Shown here: piece after piece, positions 36,047 through 49,168 of the stretch | How the letters are laid out: every line of letters begins with the position of its first letter | Position numbering within the stretch: position 1 is the stretch's first letter | From: Eledone cirrhosa | Lineage: Eukaryota | Reading direction: 5' to 3' | DNA length: 64,000 bases | NCBI GenBank assembly: GCA_964016885.1 | Contig: OZ024747.1 | Coordinates: 83,824,001 to 83,888,000 of the forward strand | Made by a program: the position numbers and the translations under genes | The notes under the pieces: generated by a model | Database searches by the model: none | Told to the model about the DNA's origin: nothing | Seen by the model: the letters and a program-made list of their open reading frames with translations, nothing else

Positions 36047-36435
36047 GTGAATTGGCAGTATCGGTAGAGGGTGAGACATGCTTTCCAGCATAGTTACGTC
36101 CCTTTACGATCTGAGTTCGAATCCCACCGAGGTTAACTTTGCCTTTCATCCATACGAGCGTCGATAGAATAAAGTACCAGTAATGTACTGGGTAACTGCT
36201 GGCCTTGTGCCAAAAGTAGAAACATTATTATCATCTTCAGCAAGGGTCGGTGGATTGGCAGTATCGGTAGAGCGTCGGACAACATGCCTTGACGTATAGA
36301 GTTACGGCCCTTGCCATTCTGAGTTCAAATCCCGCCGAGGTTAACTTTGCCTTTCATCTTTACAGGGTCGAAAAATTAAAGTACCAGTAATGCCCTGAGA
36401 TAATTGCTGTCCTTGTGCCCAAAGTAGAAACATTA
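36047..36435 (+). mobile_element. Two tandem Deu/Nin-like SINEs (36047-36230, 36245-36435)
   Basis: Each has A/B boxes, core and AAAGTAGAAAC tail. Confidence 0.85.
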
Positions 36436-36621
36436 TCATCATCATCATCATCTTGACGTGTTAGTTGCACTGATCCTCATGACTCTCCGACTCTCCATCC
36501 GGTTCTGTCGTCCATTTCTTGTGAAGGATCCTCCAGCACGTACTCAGGATCCTCTGATAGCTGTTTGATGTAGGTTCTGTGGTGTCTGCGCATGTTGGAT
36601 TATTCAGGCCTTAATGTCCAC

Positions 36622-36623
<2 letters not shown>

Positions 36624-36701
<78 letters not shown>

Positions 36702-36972
36702 ATGCGTGCGTGTGTGTGTGTGTGTGTGACAGCTCACACCTATGCAGGTTTTGCTGGCCTCCTCCAAGGTATATCTCGTTGGAGGTGTCTTGTGTGATTT
36801 TAATGATAGAGACCCCACCCCTATCATCTCATTTCAACAGCTAAGTAAACTGGAGCAATGTGAAATAAAGTGTCTTGCTCAAGGAAACAACACATCACCC
36901 GGTCCGAGAATTGAATTCACAACCTTACGATTGCAAGCCCAATGCTCTAACCACTAAGCCATGCACCTTCAC
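36624..36972 (-). mobile_element. tRNA-head SINE (second family) with (CA)n tail, inserted in the RTE remnant
   Basis: TGGCTTAGTGGTTAGAGC A-box, GTGAATTCAATTC B-like box, TTCCTTGAGCAAGACACTTT core; splits the LINE peptide DVLL|WT. Confidence 0.7.
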
Positions 36973-37044
36973 AAGAGTACATCGTTGACAATGTAATTCT
37001 TCGCTCTCGAACTAGTTCGTCTCTCTCTCGAATGGCCTGAGAGA

Positions 37045-37710
37045 TTACAGGTAAATGGGCGTAGGATATAATTACAGGTAGATGACCGTAGGATATAATT
37101 ATAGGTTGATGGACGTAGAATATAATTACAGTTAGATGACCGTAGGATATAATTACAGGAAAATGGCCGTAGGATATAATTACAGGTAGATGACCGTAGG
37201 ATATAATTACAGGTAGATGACCGTAGGATATAATTACAGGTAGATGACCGTAGGATATAATTACAGGAAAATGGCCGTAGGATATAATTACAGGAAAATG
37301 GCCGTAGGATATAATTACAGGTAGATGACCGTAGGATATAATTACAGGAAAATGGCCGTAGGATATAATTACAGGTAGATGGCCGTAGGATATAATTACA
37401 GGTAGATGACCGTAGGATATAATTACAGGTAGATGACCGTAGGATATAATTATAGGAAAATGGCCGTAGGATATAATTACAGGTAGATGACCGTAGGATA
37501 TAATTATAGGTTGATGGACGTAGAATATAATTACAGGTAGATGGTTGTAGAATATGATTACAGGTAGATTACCGTAGAATGTAATTACAGGTAGATAGCT
37601 ATAGGATATAATTACAGGTAGATGGACGTAGGATATAATTACAGGTAGATAGCCGTAGGATATAATTACAGGTAAATGACCGTAGGATATGATTACAGGT
37701 AGATGGCAGT
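37045..37710. repeat. 27-bp minisatellite GTAGGATATAATTACAGGTAGATGACC x~25
   Basis: In-frame YGHLPVIIS repeats on the minus strand. Confidence 0.95.
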
Positions 37711-38039
37711 AAAGTAGTTTTTTTTTTATAAGGTGATGTTTCCAGGATATGTTTAAAGCAGCTATGAGTATTCTTGTGTATGTTCCATCAAATTTCATCT
37801 CCAGTTCCACAGTGAGTGTCCACGTACAATATGACTGACTCTACTGTCACTTGGAAGAATTCACATTTTATTTGTTTGGGGAGCTTCGATTTCCAAATTG
37901 TTGTCATCTTATCCATGACAACCCAAGCTTTGCCGATGCGTGTGTTTATGTCACTTTCAATGACACCTTGTTTCCAGATCTTTCTTCCGAGATAAATGGA
38001 CTGGTCAACTTCTTTTAGAGGTTTACTGACTAGTCAGTT

Positions 38040-38520
38040 TATAGTGTCACCAATCTTGTCTATAGTGACACCAGTCTTGTCTATAGTGTCACCAATCTTG
38101 TCTATAGTGTCACCAGTCTTGTCTATAGTGTCACCAAACTTGTCTATAGTGTCACCAGTCTTGTCTATAGTGTCACCAAACTTGTCTATAGTGTCACCAG
38201 TCTTGTCTATAGTGTCACCAGTCTTGTCTATAGTGTCACCAATCTTGTCTATAGTGTCACCAGTCTTGTCTATAGTGTCACCACTCTTGTCTATAGTGTC
38301 ACCAGCCTTGTCTATAGTGTCACCAGTCTTGTCTATAGTGTCACCACTCTTGTCTATAGTGTCACCAGCCTTGTCTATAGTGTCACCAGTCTTGTCTATA
38401 GTGTCACCACTCTTGTCTATAGTGTCACCAGCCTTGTCTATAGTGTCACCAGTCTTGTCTATAGTGTCACCACTCTTGTCTATAGTGTCACCAGCCTTGT
38501 CTATAGTGTCACTGGTCTTG
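38040..38520. repeat. 21-bp minisatellite TTGTCTATAGTGTCACCAGTC x~23
   Basis: Direct reading; 63-bp three-unit higher-order pattern (GTC/CTC/GCC variants) in the right half. Confidence 0.95.
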
Positions 38521-38754
38521 TCTTGTCCGCATTTACACAAGGTCCAATACCTCTGTCTTTCCCCTCCAAACTGTATAGTATTCTGATTCGTGTATTGTAT
38601 CCGATATCATTGTTAGATCCTCTACATAATCAGCATCGGTAATGGTCCCACCCAGATAGGGTCTGTTTCTCGCGGGTGCTGCATTTCCTGCTGTGGCTGT
38701 GTAGGTCGTTGTTGGAGTGGCAATCTTTACTGCATGTGAGTAGATATAGGGAGA

Positions 38755-38808
38755 TGTTACTTGCTTTAAAGAACCTGACTTGCGTCTGGTTCTTTTTCTT
38801 CAGATTAT
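38755..38808 (-). ncRNA. Degenerate hammerhead motif
   Basis: CTGAAGA-AAAAGAACC-AGAC-GCAA-GTC-A-GGTTCTTT-AAA-GC; strong stem II, but the GAAA is eroded. Confidence 0.4.
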
Positions 38809-39493
38809 ATATATATATATATATATACAAACATAAATGATCGAGATTCGCATTTCGGCCCACGAAATAACGAAAAACAACCTCCGAGATGTGAGGCATA
38901 TATATATAAACTATAATAAAGGAAGGTCTGCGGGATTGCGTACGGTTTTTTTTTTTTATCACGTTTGTAAAATAAGTTGGATTACTTTGAATAAATAATG
39001 AATGAATATTACATAATTTATCTACTAAATTTCGTGGCTGTTCATTAAATATGTTTTGTTTATTTAAAGATTCACTTCTTTAAAATTTCTTCCGGTGGCG
39101 ATCGCTTAAATAAACATACTCATTTTCCGTCACTAATTTTCTCCTCATGCAGTTTATATATAATATCGTCTTTTTTAATGTATCATGGATTACGTTACTG
39201 ATTACATAAGACAGTGTAACGAAGTCTTCGTTCAATTTCTATGTATTATATATTGTCAATTAGGATTTTATTTGATGTATCATATCTACATGTATATACA
39301 CCTGCGTATAATATCAATATACACACTACACATGCCAACAGAAAACCACCAGAGGGGTGGTTATCTGCTAGTATATATAACGAAGGAAGTGTTGTAAGTA
39401 ACCAGGTGGACCATAACGCACCAGAGTACTCGATACTTAGGGTAGTAGCTGTCGAAACGGCCGGAGTTCAGCCGTCGGGGTCCTGACTCTTTT

Positions 39494-39540
<47 letters not shown>

Positions 39541-39885
39541 GTTATATCGTAAGTGTATTATTGGTTGTGTCATACGGTCCAATAAACTTTTGTTAGCAAT
39601 ATTAAGTTCTCCACGCTTTTGTATATCTCCAATTCCATTTATAGGAACAGCTAGATGATGTAAAACGGAGTATTTGTATCAAATTAAAGATCCGAAGGCA
39701 TGGTATAAATTTCCAATCATTTTATCACGACACATGTAAGAGATAGATCGATCAGGCGTATATATATATATTAATAAGAGGAATTCCAACTTTGTCTGAT
39801 TTACTCGTTTTATTTACAATCCTTTAAAATTTATAATGGTATTATAATGAAATAGTATGATAGAATATTAAATGTTAAGTGTTAA

Positions 39886-39926
39886 TTGAACAAGTACTTT
39901 CATGCTTTCGCAATCTTCAGGTTCAT
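39886..39926 (-). ncRNA. Minimal hammerhead motif
   Basis: TGAAC-CTGAAGA-T-TGC-GAAA-GCA-T-GAAA-GTAC-TT-GTTCA; palindromic GTAC in place of stem III. Confidence 0.7.
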
Positions 39927-39952
39927 AATGTGTGGTGACAGTCATGTTTGCA

Positions 39953-40013
<61 letters not shown>

Positions 40014-40121
40014 ATGATTTGAAGCATTAATCTTTTGAAAAATTCTGAAATAGTCGGTGAAACGAATAATTAAGAATCTAAATTAAAACTGATAAAACTA
40101 TTTTAGAAAGCCTTAATATAG

Positions 40122-40277
40122 GATAATTGTTTCTACCTTTGGCACAAGGACAGCAATACCCAGTACATTACTGGTACTTTATTTATCGACCCCGTAAGGA
40201 TGAAAGGCAAAGTTAACCTCGGCGGGATTTGAACTCAGACCGTAAAGGGACATAACTATGCTGGAAAGCATGGCGTA
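40122..40277 (-). mobile_element. Deu/Nin-like SINE (5'-truncated)
   Basis: Reverse complement of the B-box, core and tail. Confidence 0.8.
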
Positions 40278-40837
40278 TAGGATAATGATAAATATTACGT
40301 GGGTGTTCGCTTTGTAGATTGTTTAGTCAAACTGACGCAAAGAAACAGACGTATATTAATATGTATATATATACTTAAATGAAATACTTATCTATTTTCA
40401 AGTTTGATGTATTAAATTTTCATTAGCTTATATCTCTTAATGAGTTTTTCTAGAGTCCTTTGGGGTTTCGAAATAATTCCGTTTCGTAATGACGCTTCTA
40501 AACACGGAATAAGGGAATTTAATACTTCAATTCCCTGCAGAGATCAAATTGGTTCTTCGGTAGATAGGAATAAATGAAAAATGAATCTATAATTCTAAAA
40601 TATGCTCGTATTTATGAGTTGAACAAGTTTCAACAGGTACAATTACGATAATAAATCAACGATTCAACGAGAAGAACTCGTCCGCCATCATTAGATTTGT
40701 AAGAAATTGCTTCAGCGAAATCTTCCTTCCAACCACATCCTACTGCATTAAAAACACACTGAAAACTACAATATATCTAAAGTAGGGGAAGGGGTACCCT
40801 TTCAATCCGAAGAGTCGTTTTAGCTAAAGCAACAAAA

Positions 40838-41150
40838 ATAATTGTTTCTACTTTAGGCACAAGGCCAGCAATTTTGGTAGAGGGGAAAGTCGATTAAATC
40901 GACCCCATTGCATTACTGGTGCTTTATCATATCGACCCCATAATAATGATTTCTAGTATAGACATAAGACCAGTAATTTGGGGGAGGGGAAAGTCGATTA
41001 AATCGACCCCCATTGCGTTACTGGTGCTTTATCATATCGACCCCGTAATAATGAGAGGCAAAGCTAATCTCGGCGGGATTTGAACTCGGAACGTAAAAGG
41101 CCATAAGTTTATGCTGCAAAACATGTCTGACGCTCTACCGATTCTGCCAA
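40838..41150 (-). mobile_element. Deu/Nin-like SINE with a duplicated 3' segment
   Basis: GGGGAAAGTCGATTAAATCGACCCC...CTGGTGCTTTATCATATCGACCCC occurs twice (~40880, ~40985). Confidence 0.8.
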
Positions 41151-41347
41151 TAACAATTAAGATTGCGATTCGCATAATTTTTATTATAAACAAAAATTTA
41201 TAGAAGGAAACATGAACTTGGCAAACATTTTTATAACTAATTTGACTTTTAGCCTGGAGCTGCTTCATTCTCGCAGATCTGAACATATTCTCTTCCATTG
41301 TCATATCCCAAGCCGGTTGAATCAGCGTATTATTTACTACAATAAGG

Positions 41348-41570
41348 ACGTGGATTGGCAGTATCGGTAGAGCGTCGGACATCATACTTCGCGACATAGA
41401 GTTACGGCCCTTTGCGTTCTGAGTTCAAATCCCGCCGAGGCTAGCTTTGCCTTGCATCCTTACATTACTAGTACTTAAATTAAAGTACTAGTAATGCACT
41501 GAGGTCATTTTAATCGACTTTCCGCTCCCCTTCAAATTGCTGGCCTTGTGCCTGAAGTAGAAACACTTAT
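41348..41570 (+). mobile_element. Deu/Nin-like SINE
   Basis: A/B boxes and tail present; core partly replaced by a local inverted repeat (CATTACTAGTACTT..AAGTACTAGTAATG). Confidence 0.8.
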
Positions 41571-41662
41571 TTACTATGATAAACTAACAGGCTTCATCTA
41601 GGTGAGATTTTATTTAAAAACCTAGCGAGAAGAAACTAAATACCCTGAAATAATTCGTACAT

Positions 41663-42369
41663 CCATTCACAGGTCATACCATTCACAGGTCATACCATTC
41701 ACAGGTCATACCATTCACAGGTCATACCATTCACAGGTCATACCATTCACTGGTCATACCATTCACAGGTCATACCATTCACAGGTCATACCATTCACAG
41801 GTCATACCATTCACAGGTCATACCATTCACAGGTCATACCATTCACTGGTCATACCATTCACAGGTCATACCATTCACAGGTCATACCATTCACTGGTCA
41901 TACCATTCACAGGTCATACCATTCACAGGTCATACCATTCACTGGTCATACCATTCACAGGTCATACCATTCACAGGTCATACCATTCACAGGTCATACC
42001 ATTCACTGGTCATACCATTCACAGGTCATACCATTCACAGGTCATACCATTCACAGGTCATACCATTCACAGGTCATACCATTCACAGGTCATACCATTC
42101 ACAGGTCATACCATTCACTGGTCATACCATTCACAGGTCATACCATTCACAGGTCATACCATTCACTGGTCATACCATTCACAGGTCATACCATTCACAG
42201 GTCATACCATTCACTGGTCATACCATTCACAGGTCATACCATTCACAGGTCATACCATTCACAGGTCATACCATTCACTGGTCATACCATTCACAGGTCA
42301 TACCATTCACAGGTCATACCATTCACAGGTCATACCATTCACAGGTCATACCATTCACAGGTCATACCA
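41663..42369. repeat. 16-bp minisatellite CCATTCAC(A/T)GGTCATA x~44
   Basis: 16-bp period, single A/T variant site. Confidence 0.96.
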
Positions 42370-42681
42370 CCTCGATACTCTGATGTAAGTAATTAAAGAT
42401 AAGAATGATATTTCAATTATTTATATGATATCTGTATACAACACAACATGTGTCTATGTAGTACTGTAGTTGATCAGCGAGGAACAATTACGATAAATGT
42501 GGCATTAGAAATCAAATTACATCGGCTTCTCTCATATTTTCCCCCTCTTCTCTTTTCCCCTATCCGAACTTTCCCAATAAAGGACTTCTGTCCAAAACGT
42601 TGAAACCTCCTCCACTTCCACCATGTGTGAACCTAATATAACTGTGTAGAATTGCCTCCCTTGTTTTGTTCGCTCACTTTC

Positions 42682-42718
<37 letters not shown>

Positions 42719-42798
42719 TACATGTATATATATATATGCATACATCTATATATATATGCATACATCTATATATATATGCATACATCTATATATAAATG

Positions 42799-42872
<74 letters not shown>

Positions 42873-42949
42873 CCTTTTTTCTTTAAGGGGAAAAGATTTA
42901 AGTGAATGTTTGGCCCGTAACTATTTCAGATTTAGTAACAAAAACAAAA

Positions 42950-43385
<436 letters not shown>

Positions 43386-43683
43386 TAAACAAACAGAAAA
43401 GTAAAATAAAGAAAGTAGGTTTTTAAAACATGCCAAAGGTAAAAAAACAACTAAATAAATAAAACAATAAAAAGGGGAAATAAAAGAACGGATTTCTGCA
43501 GCTAAACTGCAAGAGGCAAACATTTGATAAACATGATGCATGTTTGTGTTGTTTTGTCTTTGCTGTTGTCTTAATGTGTATATATATGTGTTGGTGGAAT
43601 TAGTTATAAATTGTATGTTAGATAACATGGCATAAAATATGTGTGTATATGTATGTTTATCTCTCTTGCCCTTTCTTTTCTTT

Positions 43684-43765
<82 letters not shown>

Positions 43766-44087
43766 GTATATATATATATTTATATATATATGTGTGTGTG
43801 TATGAAGGCGCATTAGGCTTACAATCGGAAGGTTGTGAGTTCGATTCTCGAACGGCGTGATGCGTTGTGTCCTTGAGCAAGACACTTTATTAAATATCAT
43901 ATATATATATATATATATGTATATGCATAGACACACACACACACCATATTCTGATACCTATTCTTATAAGTGAAGTTTCGTGGACAAAACCAGAACAGGT
44001 CCAGACTATATATTTAGTTCAAAGAATCAGTCTATAATTCAACGTGGAATACTCATCGTTATAACCAAAACAGATCCATTTCATTAC

Positions 44088-44129
44088 ATGGTCTAATGAT
44101 TCTCCATTGAGATGAAACTGGTCAGTCAC
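44088..44129 (+). ncRNA. Degenerate hammerhead motif
   Basis: CTAATGA-T-TCTC-CATT-GAGA-T-GAAA-CTGG-TC; G>A change in the core. Confidence 0.4.
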
Positions 44130-44219
44130 TGTGAGAAATTATCCCCTTTGATATAAAATATATATTTTACATATGTATAGAGTTCTCTTTCTTAGAAAAG
44201 TGGCAATTACCAAAATTAT

Positions 44220-44822
44220 CGACGAAATCGTTCTGCACACACTCCTTCAATGTGTAGGCATTGCTACCCTGTGGAGTTATGTCAAACAGCTGCCGTCACG
44301 TATAAGACGGATACAGCTGTCAGCCGAGTTAATCATGAAGATTGATCTACCACCCTCCTTTAACTGGGAAGGGCAGCAGTTTTTTTCTGTCTGGTGGCTA
44401 TAGCAAAAGATATCGTGTGGTGGACAAAGTTAAGAGAACTGAGGAACGATCCTTTTCTCTTCCGTCAAGCGTTGATTGATATTTTTAAGTTCCACTCGAA
44501 AAGAAAAGCAAGAATGGAGAGGGGAGGTCCCCTGCAGTAAATCTTATAAAATATGGACGATTTGGGCGAAAATTGCAAGAGTGAATGGATCTACGTTCAT
44601 TGTGGACCTATGGGTCAGAAAAGGAAACTCGTAAGAGTGACCCGGGGTGATCATGGTGACCGTGGATTGGTGGAGTTCCCCGATCGTCCTTATTTTAAGG
44701 TTCTCCAGTATGTTTACCATAATCTCTCTCTAATCCGATTTTTATGTAAAGCCTCACACTTTATGTTGCCTCATTGGTAATGTACCTCTCATTCGGTGCC
44801 CTTGTGGCAAATAAAAGAAATC
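44220..44822 (+). mobile_element. Old 5'-truncated relative of the Tx1-like family
   Basis: DEIVLHTLLQCVGIATLWSYVKQL..IQLSAE..PPSFNWEG aligns with the ORF2 C-terminus; ends GTGCCCTTGTGGCAAATAAAAGAAA. Confidence 0.75.
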
Positions 44823-44830
44823 ATTATTAT

Positions 44831-44940
44831 CCCGCCGAAGTTGACTTTGCCTTTCATCCTTACGGGGTCGATAAAATAAAGTACCAGTAATGCACTGGGA
44901 TAATTGCTGGCCTTGTGCCTAAAGTAGAAACAATTATTAT
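44831..44940 (+). mobile_element. 5'-truncated Deu/Nin-like SINE (further copies at 45945-46148 +, 46460-46560 +, 63000-63110 -, 63488-63620 -)
   Basis: Core GACTTTGCCTTTCATCCTTACGGGGTCGATAAAATAAAGTACCAG. Confidence 0.8.
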
Positions 44941-44980
44941 ATCTGATCTCTCTTCCCACCCTCTCTCTCTCTATATATAC

Positions 44981-45100
<120 letters not shown>

Positions 45101-45126
45101 ATAGATATAGATATATGTATGTGTGT

Positions 45127-45200
<74 letters not shown>

Positions 45201-45214
45201 GTATGTGTGTATAC

Positions 45215-45292
<78 letters not shown>

Positions 45293-45297
45293 ATACA

Positions 45298-45330
<33 letters not shown>

Positions 45331-45356
45331 ATACATATATATATATGTATGTGTGT

Positions 45357-45466
<110 letters not shown>

Positions 45467-46652
45467 AAACGAAATATATGTGAGTAAGCGTGCGTGTGGG
45501 TTGCGGGTTCTCGAAATAAGTGGCGAGTGTTTTTCTAATAAACAGCACCAGTGATAATATTACATGTGGAGGAAAATGTTGATAGAAATAGACGTGAAAG
45601 ATTGATGAGAGTAACATTTCCTCGTATAACGAAGAGATACTGATATTGTAACAATGAGACATGAAAGAATAAATGTTGGTTAAAAAAAAAGGCCCCACTC
45701 TGCAACAAATACTTACTACTTTTGCTGGTCTTATATTTTTAATTTCTATTCTATTTACTTTCGTTTCTCTTCTTTGAGTATTTGCCATAGAATTCATTTT
45801 TGTGAATATGGAAAGGTAGAGAAATTCCTCCAATAGTGTTGTATGTTAGAAACAGTATGATGTATGTAAAAATGGAGTGGTGGTGAAATTCCTCCAATAG
45901 TGTTGTTGTGTGTTGGAGAGAGAAAAATAAATGAATAACCCATTGGTGGATTAGTAGAGTCATTAGAGCGTTGGACAACTTGATTTATGGTATAGGGTTA
46001 CGACCCTTTACAATCTGAGTTCAAATTCTGCCGAGGTTGACTTTGCCTTTCATCCTTACGGGGTCGATAAAATAAAAGTACCAGTAATGTACTGATGTCG
46101 ACTCCATACCCTAATTGTAGGCCTTGTACCTAAATCAGAAACCATTATATAAACACAATTTATTTTTGTGGTAGTGCACCTGAGCACTGTACACAATGAT
46201 TTCATTATATTATATTTAATAAATAAGTAAATAAATAGTGGGTATTAACACCTGGTGATGACATACAACAGATGACGGCTGCTGTCGCCATTACCCTGAT
46301 CATTTTCTTCATATCAAAATGCAATAATTTTCCATCTCGGGGAATTGTTGTGTGACAAGAACGTGTGGCTTCAGAGCCGCATGAGATACTTTAGCCAATG
46401 TTGAGTGGCTATTAGCCGCTTTCAAACACATTTATTTATGAAGGCTGCACTGAGTTGTGAGAACATCGGATAAAATACTTTCTGTTATTCGTAGCAACTC
46501 TCTGGGATCCAAGGTTCAAATCCTTCGAGGTCAACTTTGTCTTTCAGATGTCGATAAATAGTACAAGTCAAATACCAAGGTCAATTTGTTCGTTATGTCT
46601 CTTATTTTCTCTATCTTTCTCTCTTGAAGAAATATGTCCTCATCAGACAAAA

Positions 46653-46724
46653 TATATTTTTTGTCTGATGAGGACGTACTGAAAAACAACACAGTACCTT
46701 TGAAATATATATAATAAAGTATAT
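46653..46724 (+). ncRNA. Minimal hammerhead motif, same family as 26797; head-to-head inverted junction at 46636-46675
   Basis: TTTTGT-CTGATGA-GGACGTACTG..CAGTACCTTT-GAAA-TATA-TA-TAATAAAG; preceded by GTCCTCATCAGACAAAA. Confidence 0.65.
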
Positions 46725-46768
46725 ATTTTGAATATGAAAATATTTTTCATTTGTTAATATTTTGAATA

Positions 46769-46836
<68 letters not shown>

Positions 46837-47001
46837 CATATATGTATATATGTATATATATATATATATATGTATATATATGTATATATATATGTATATA
46901 TATATATATACATATGTATGTATATAGATATACATATGTATGTATATATATATATATATATATACATACATATGTATATATATATATACATATATATACA
47001 T

Positions 47002-47872
<871 letters not shown>

Positions 47873-47879
47873 CATACAT

Positions 47880-47911
<32 letters not shown>

Positions 47912-48221
47912 CTTCTCTGACTGATGATGGTATTTCCAGTGTAGCAGAAGCAGAATCAATTTATTTTCTTTCTGGAGAGAGGGATTTTTCTTCTTCCAGA
48001 AATGTCTGACTGTTTGTGACCTTTAATTAAAGTTAATTGCATCGTAAACCTTTCAAGATCATCTTTAACTATAAGTCGGATGGAATTACAGTGGAAGAAT
48101 AAAATATAATGAAAGCAAGAAAATATATAGTAAAAGTGGAGAGTTAAAGAGGTAAACAAGAGAAGCTATCTTAGCGGATGTTTATGGATGAAGGCAGTGT
48201 TAGTGGAAGATAAACTATGAG

Positions 48222-49168
48222 AGGTTGGTGGTGGGGGAGTTGATGAGGATAGTGGTGGTGGGGGTGGGGGTAGTGGTGGTGGTTGTGGTTGTAGTGGTGG
48301 TGGTGGTGTTGGTGGTGGTGGTGGTGGTGGTGGTGAGGAGGGTTGATGAGAATAGTGGTGGTGGTGTTGGTGGTGGGGGAGTTGGTGGAGGTGGTGGTGG
48401 TGTTGTTGGTGGTGGTGGTGGTGGTGGTGGTGGTGGAGGTGGTGGTGGTTGTGGTTGTGGTTGTAGTGGTGGTGGTGGTGTTGGTGGTGGTGGTGGTGGT
48501 GATGGTGGTGGTGGTGGTGGTGGTGTGTGGTGGTGAGGAGGGTTGATGAGAATAGTGGTGGTGGTGGTGTTGGTGGTGGGGGAGTTGATGAGGATAGTGG
48601 TGGTGGTGGTGGTGGTGGAGGTGGTGGAGGTGGTGGTGGTGCTGGCGTTGGTGGGGGAGTTGATGAGGATGGTGGTGTTGGCATGGTTGGTGGCGGTGGT
48701 GGTGGTAGCAGTGGTGATAGTGATGGCGGTGGTGATGGGAATGGAGGTGGTGGTGGTGGTGGGGGGTCGCTATGGATGTGATGGGGATGGTACTAGTGAC
48801 GGAAGAACGGTGTGTGGAGATGGTGTTGGTAGTGGTGGCGTAGAAGGTGTGGTGATGGTGGTGATAGTGATGGGAGGATGGGAGCGGAAAGTTGGGGTGG
48901 AGGCTGAAGACGGTGGAAGGAGGTGTTGCTGTGGTGATAATGAGGGTGATGGTGGCAAAAGTGGTGGTGGTGTTGGCCATAATTACTGATCGTGATGGTG
49001 ATGGTGTTGGTGGTGATGATGTAAGTGTGGGGTACAGATGGCAATGATATCGATAATGGTGGGGATGGCGATGATGTGATGAAAGTGGTGGTGTTGGTGA
49101 TGTTGTTGGTGATGTTGTTGGTGATGTTGTTGGTGATGTTGTTGGTGATGTTGTTGGTGATGTTGTTG
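48222..49168. repeat. (GGT)n/(GAT)n low-complexity field ending in a (TGTTGTTGGTGA)n 12-mer array
   Basis: Direct reading. Confidence 0.9.

Larger units (their letters stand above)
36436..38690 (-). mobile_element. Degenerate RTE-like LINE (RT C-terminal half to 3' end, (GAT)n tail), interrupted by a SINE and two minisatellites
   Basis: Minus-strand peptides TITDADYVEDL (YADD-like), VNADKT, KPLKEVDQ..YLG, ELEMKFDGTYTRILIAALNISWKHH..LY.HLPVISQAIRER, RTYIKQLSED..MDDRTGWR. Confidence 0.75.

Noticed and set aside
47911-47955. Hammerhead at CTGATGA-TGG-TATTT-CCA
   Set aside because: No GAAA after stem II, so the motif is unsupported
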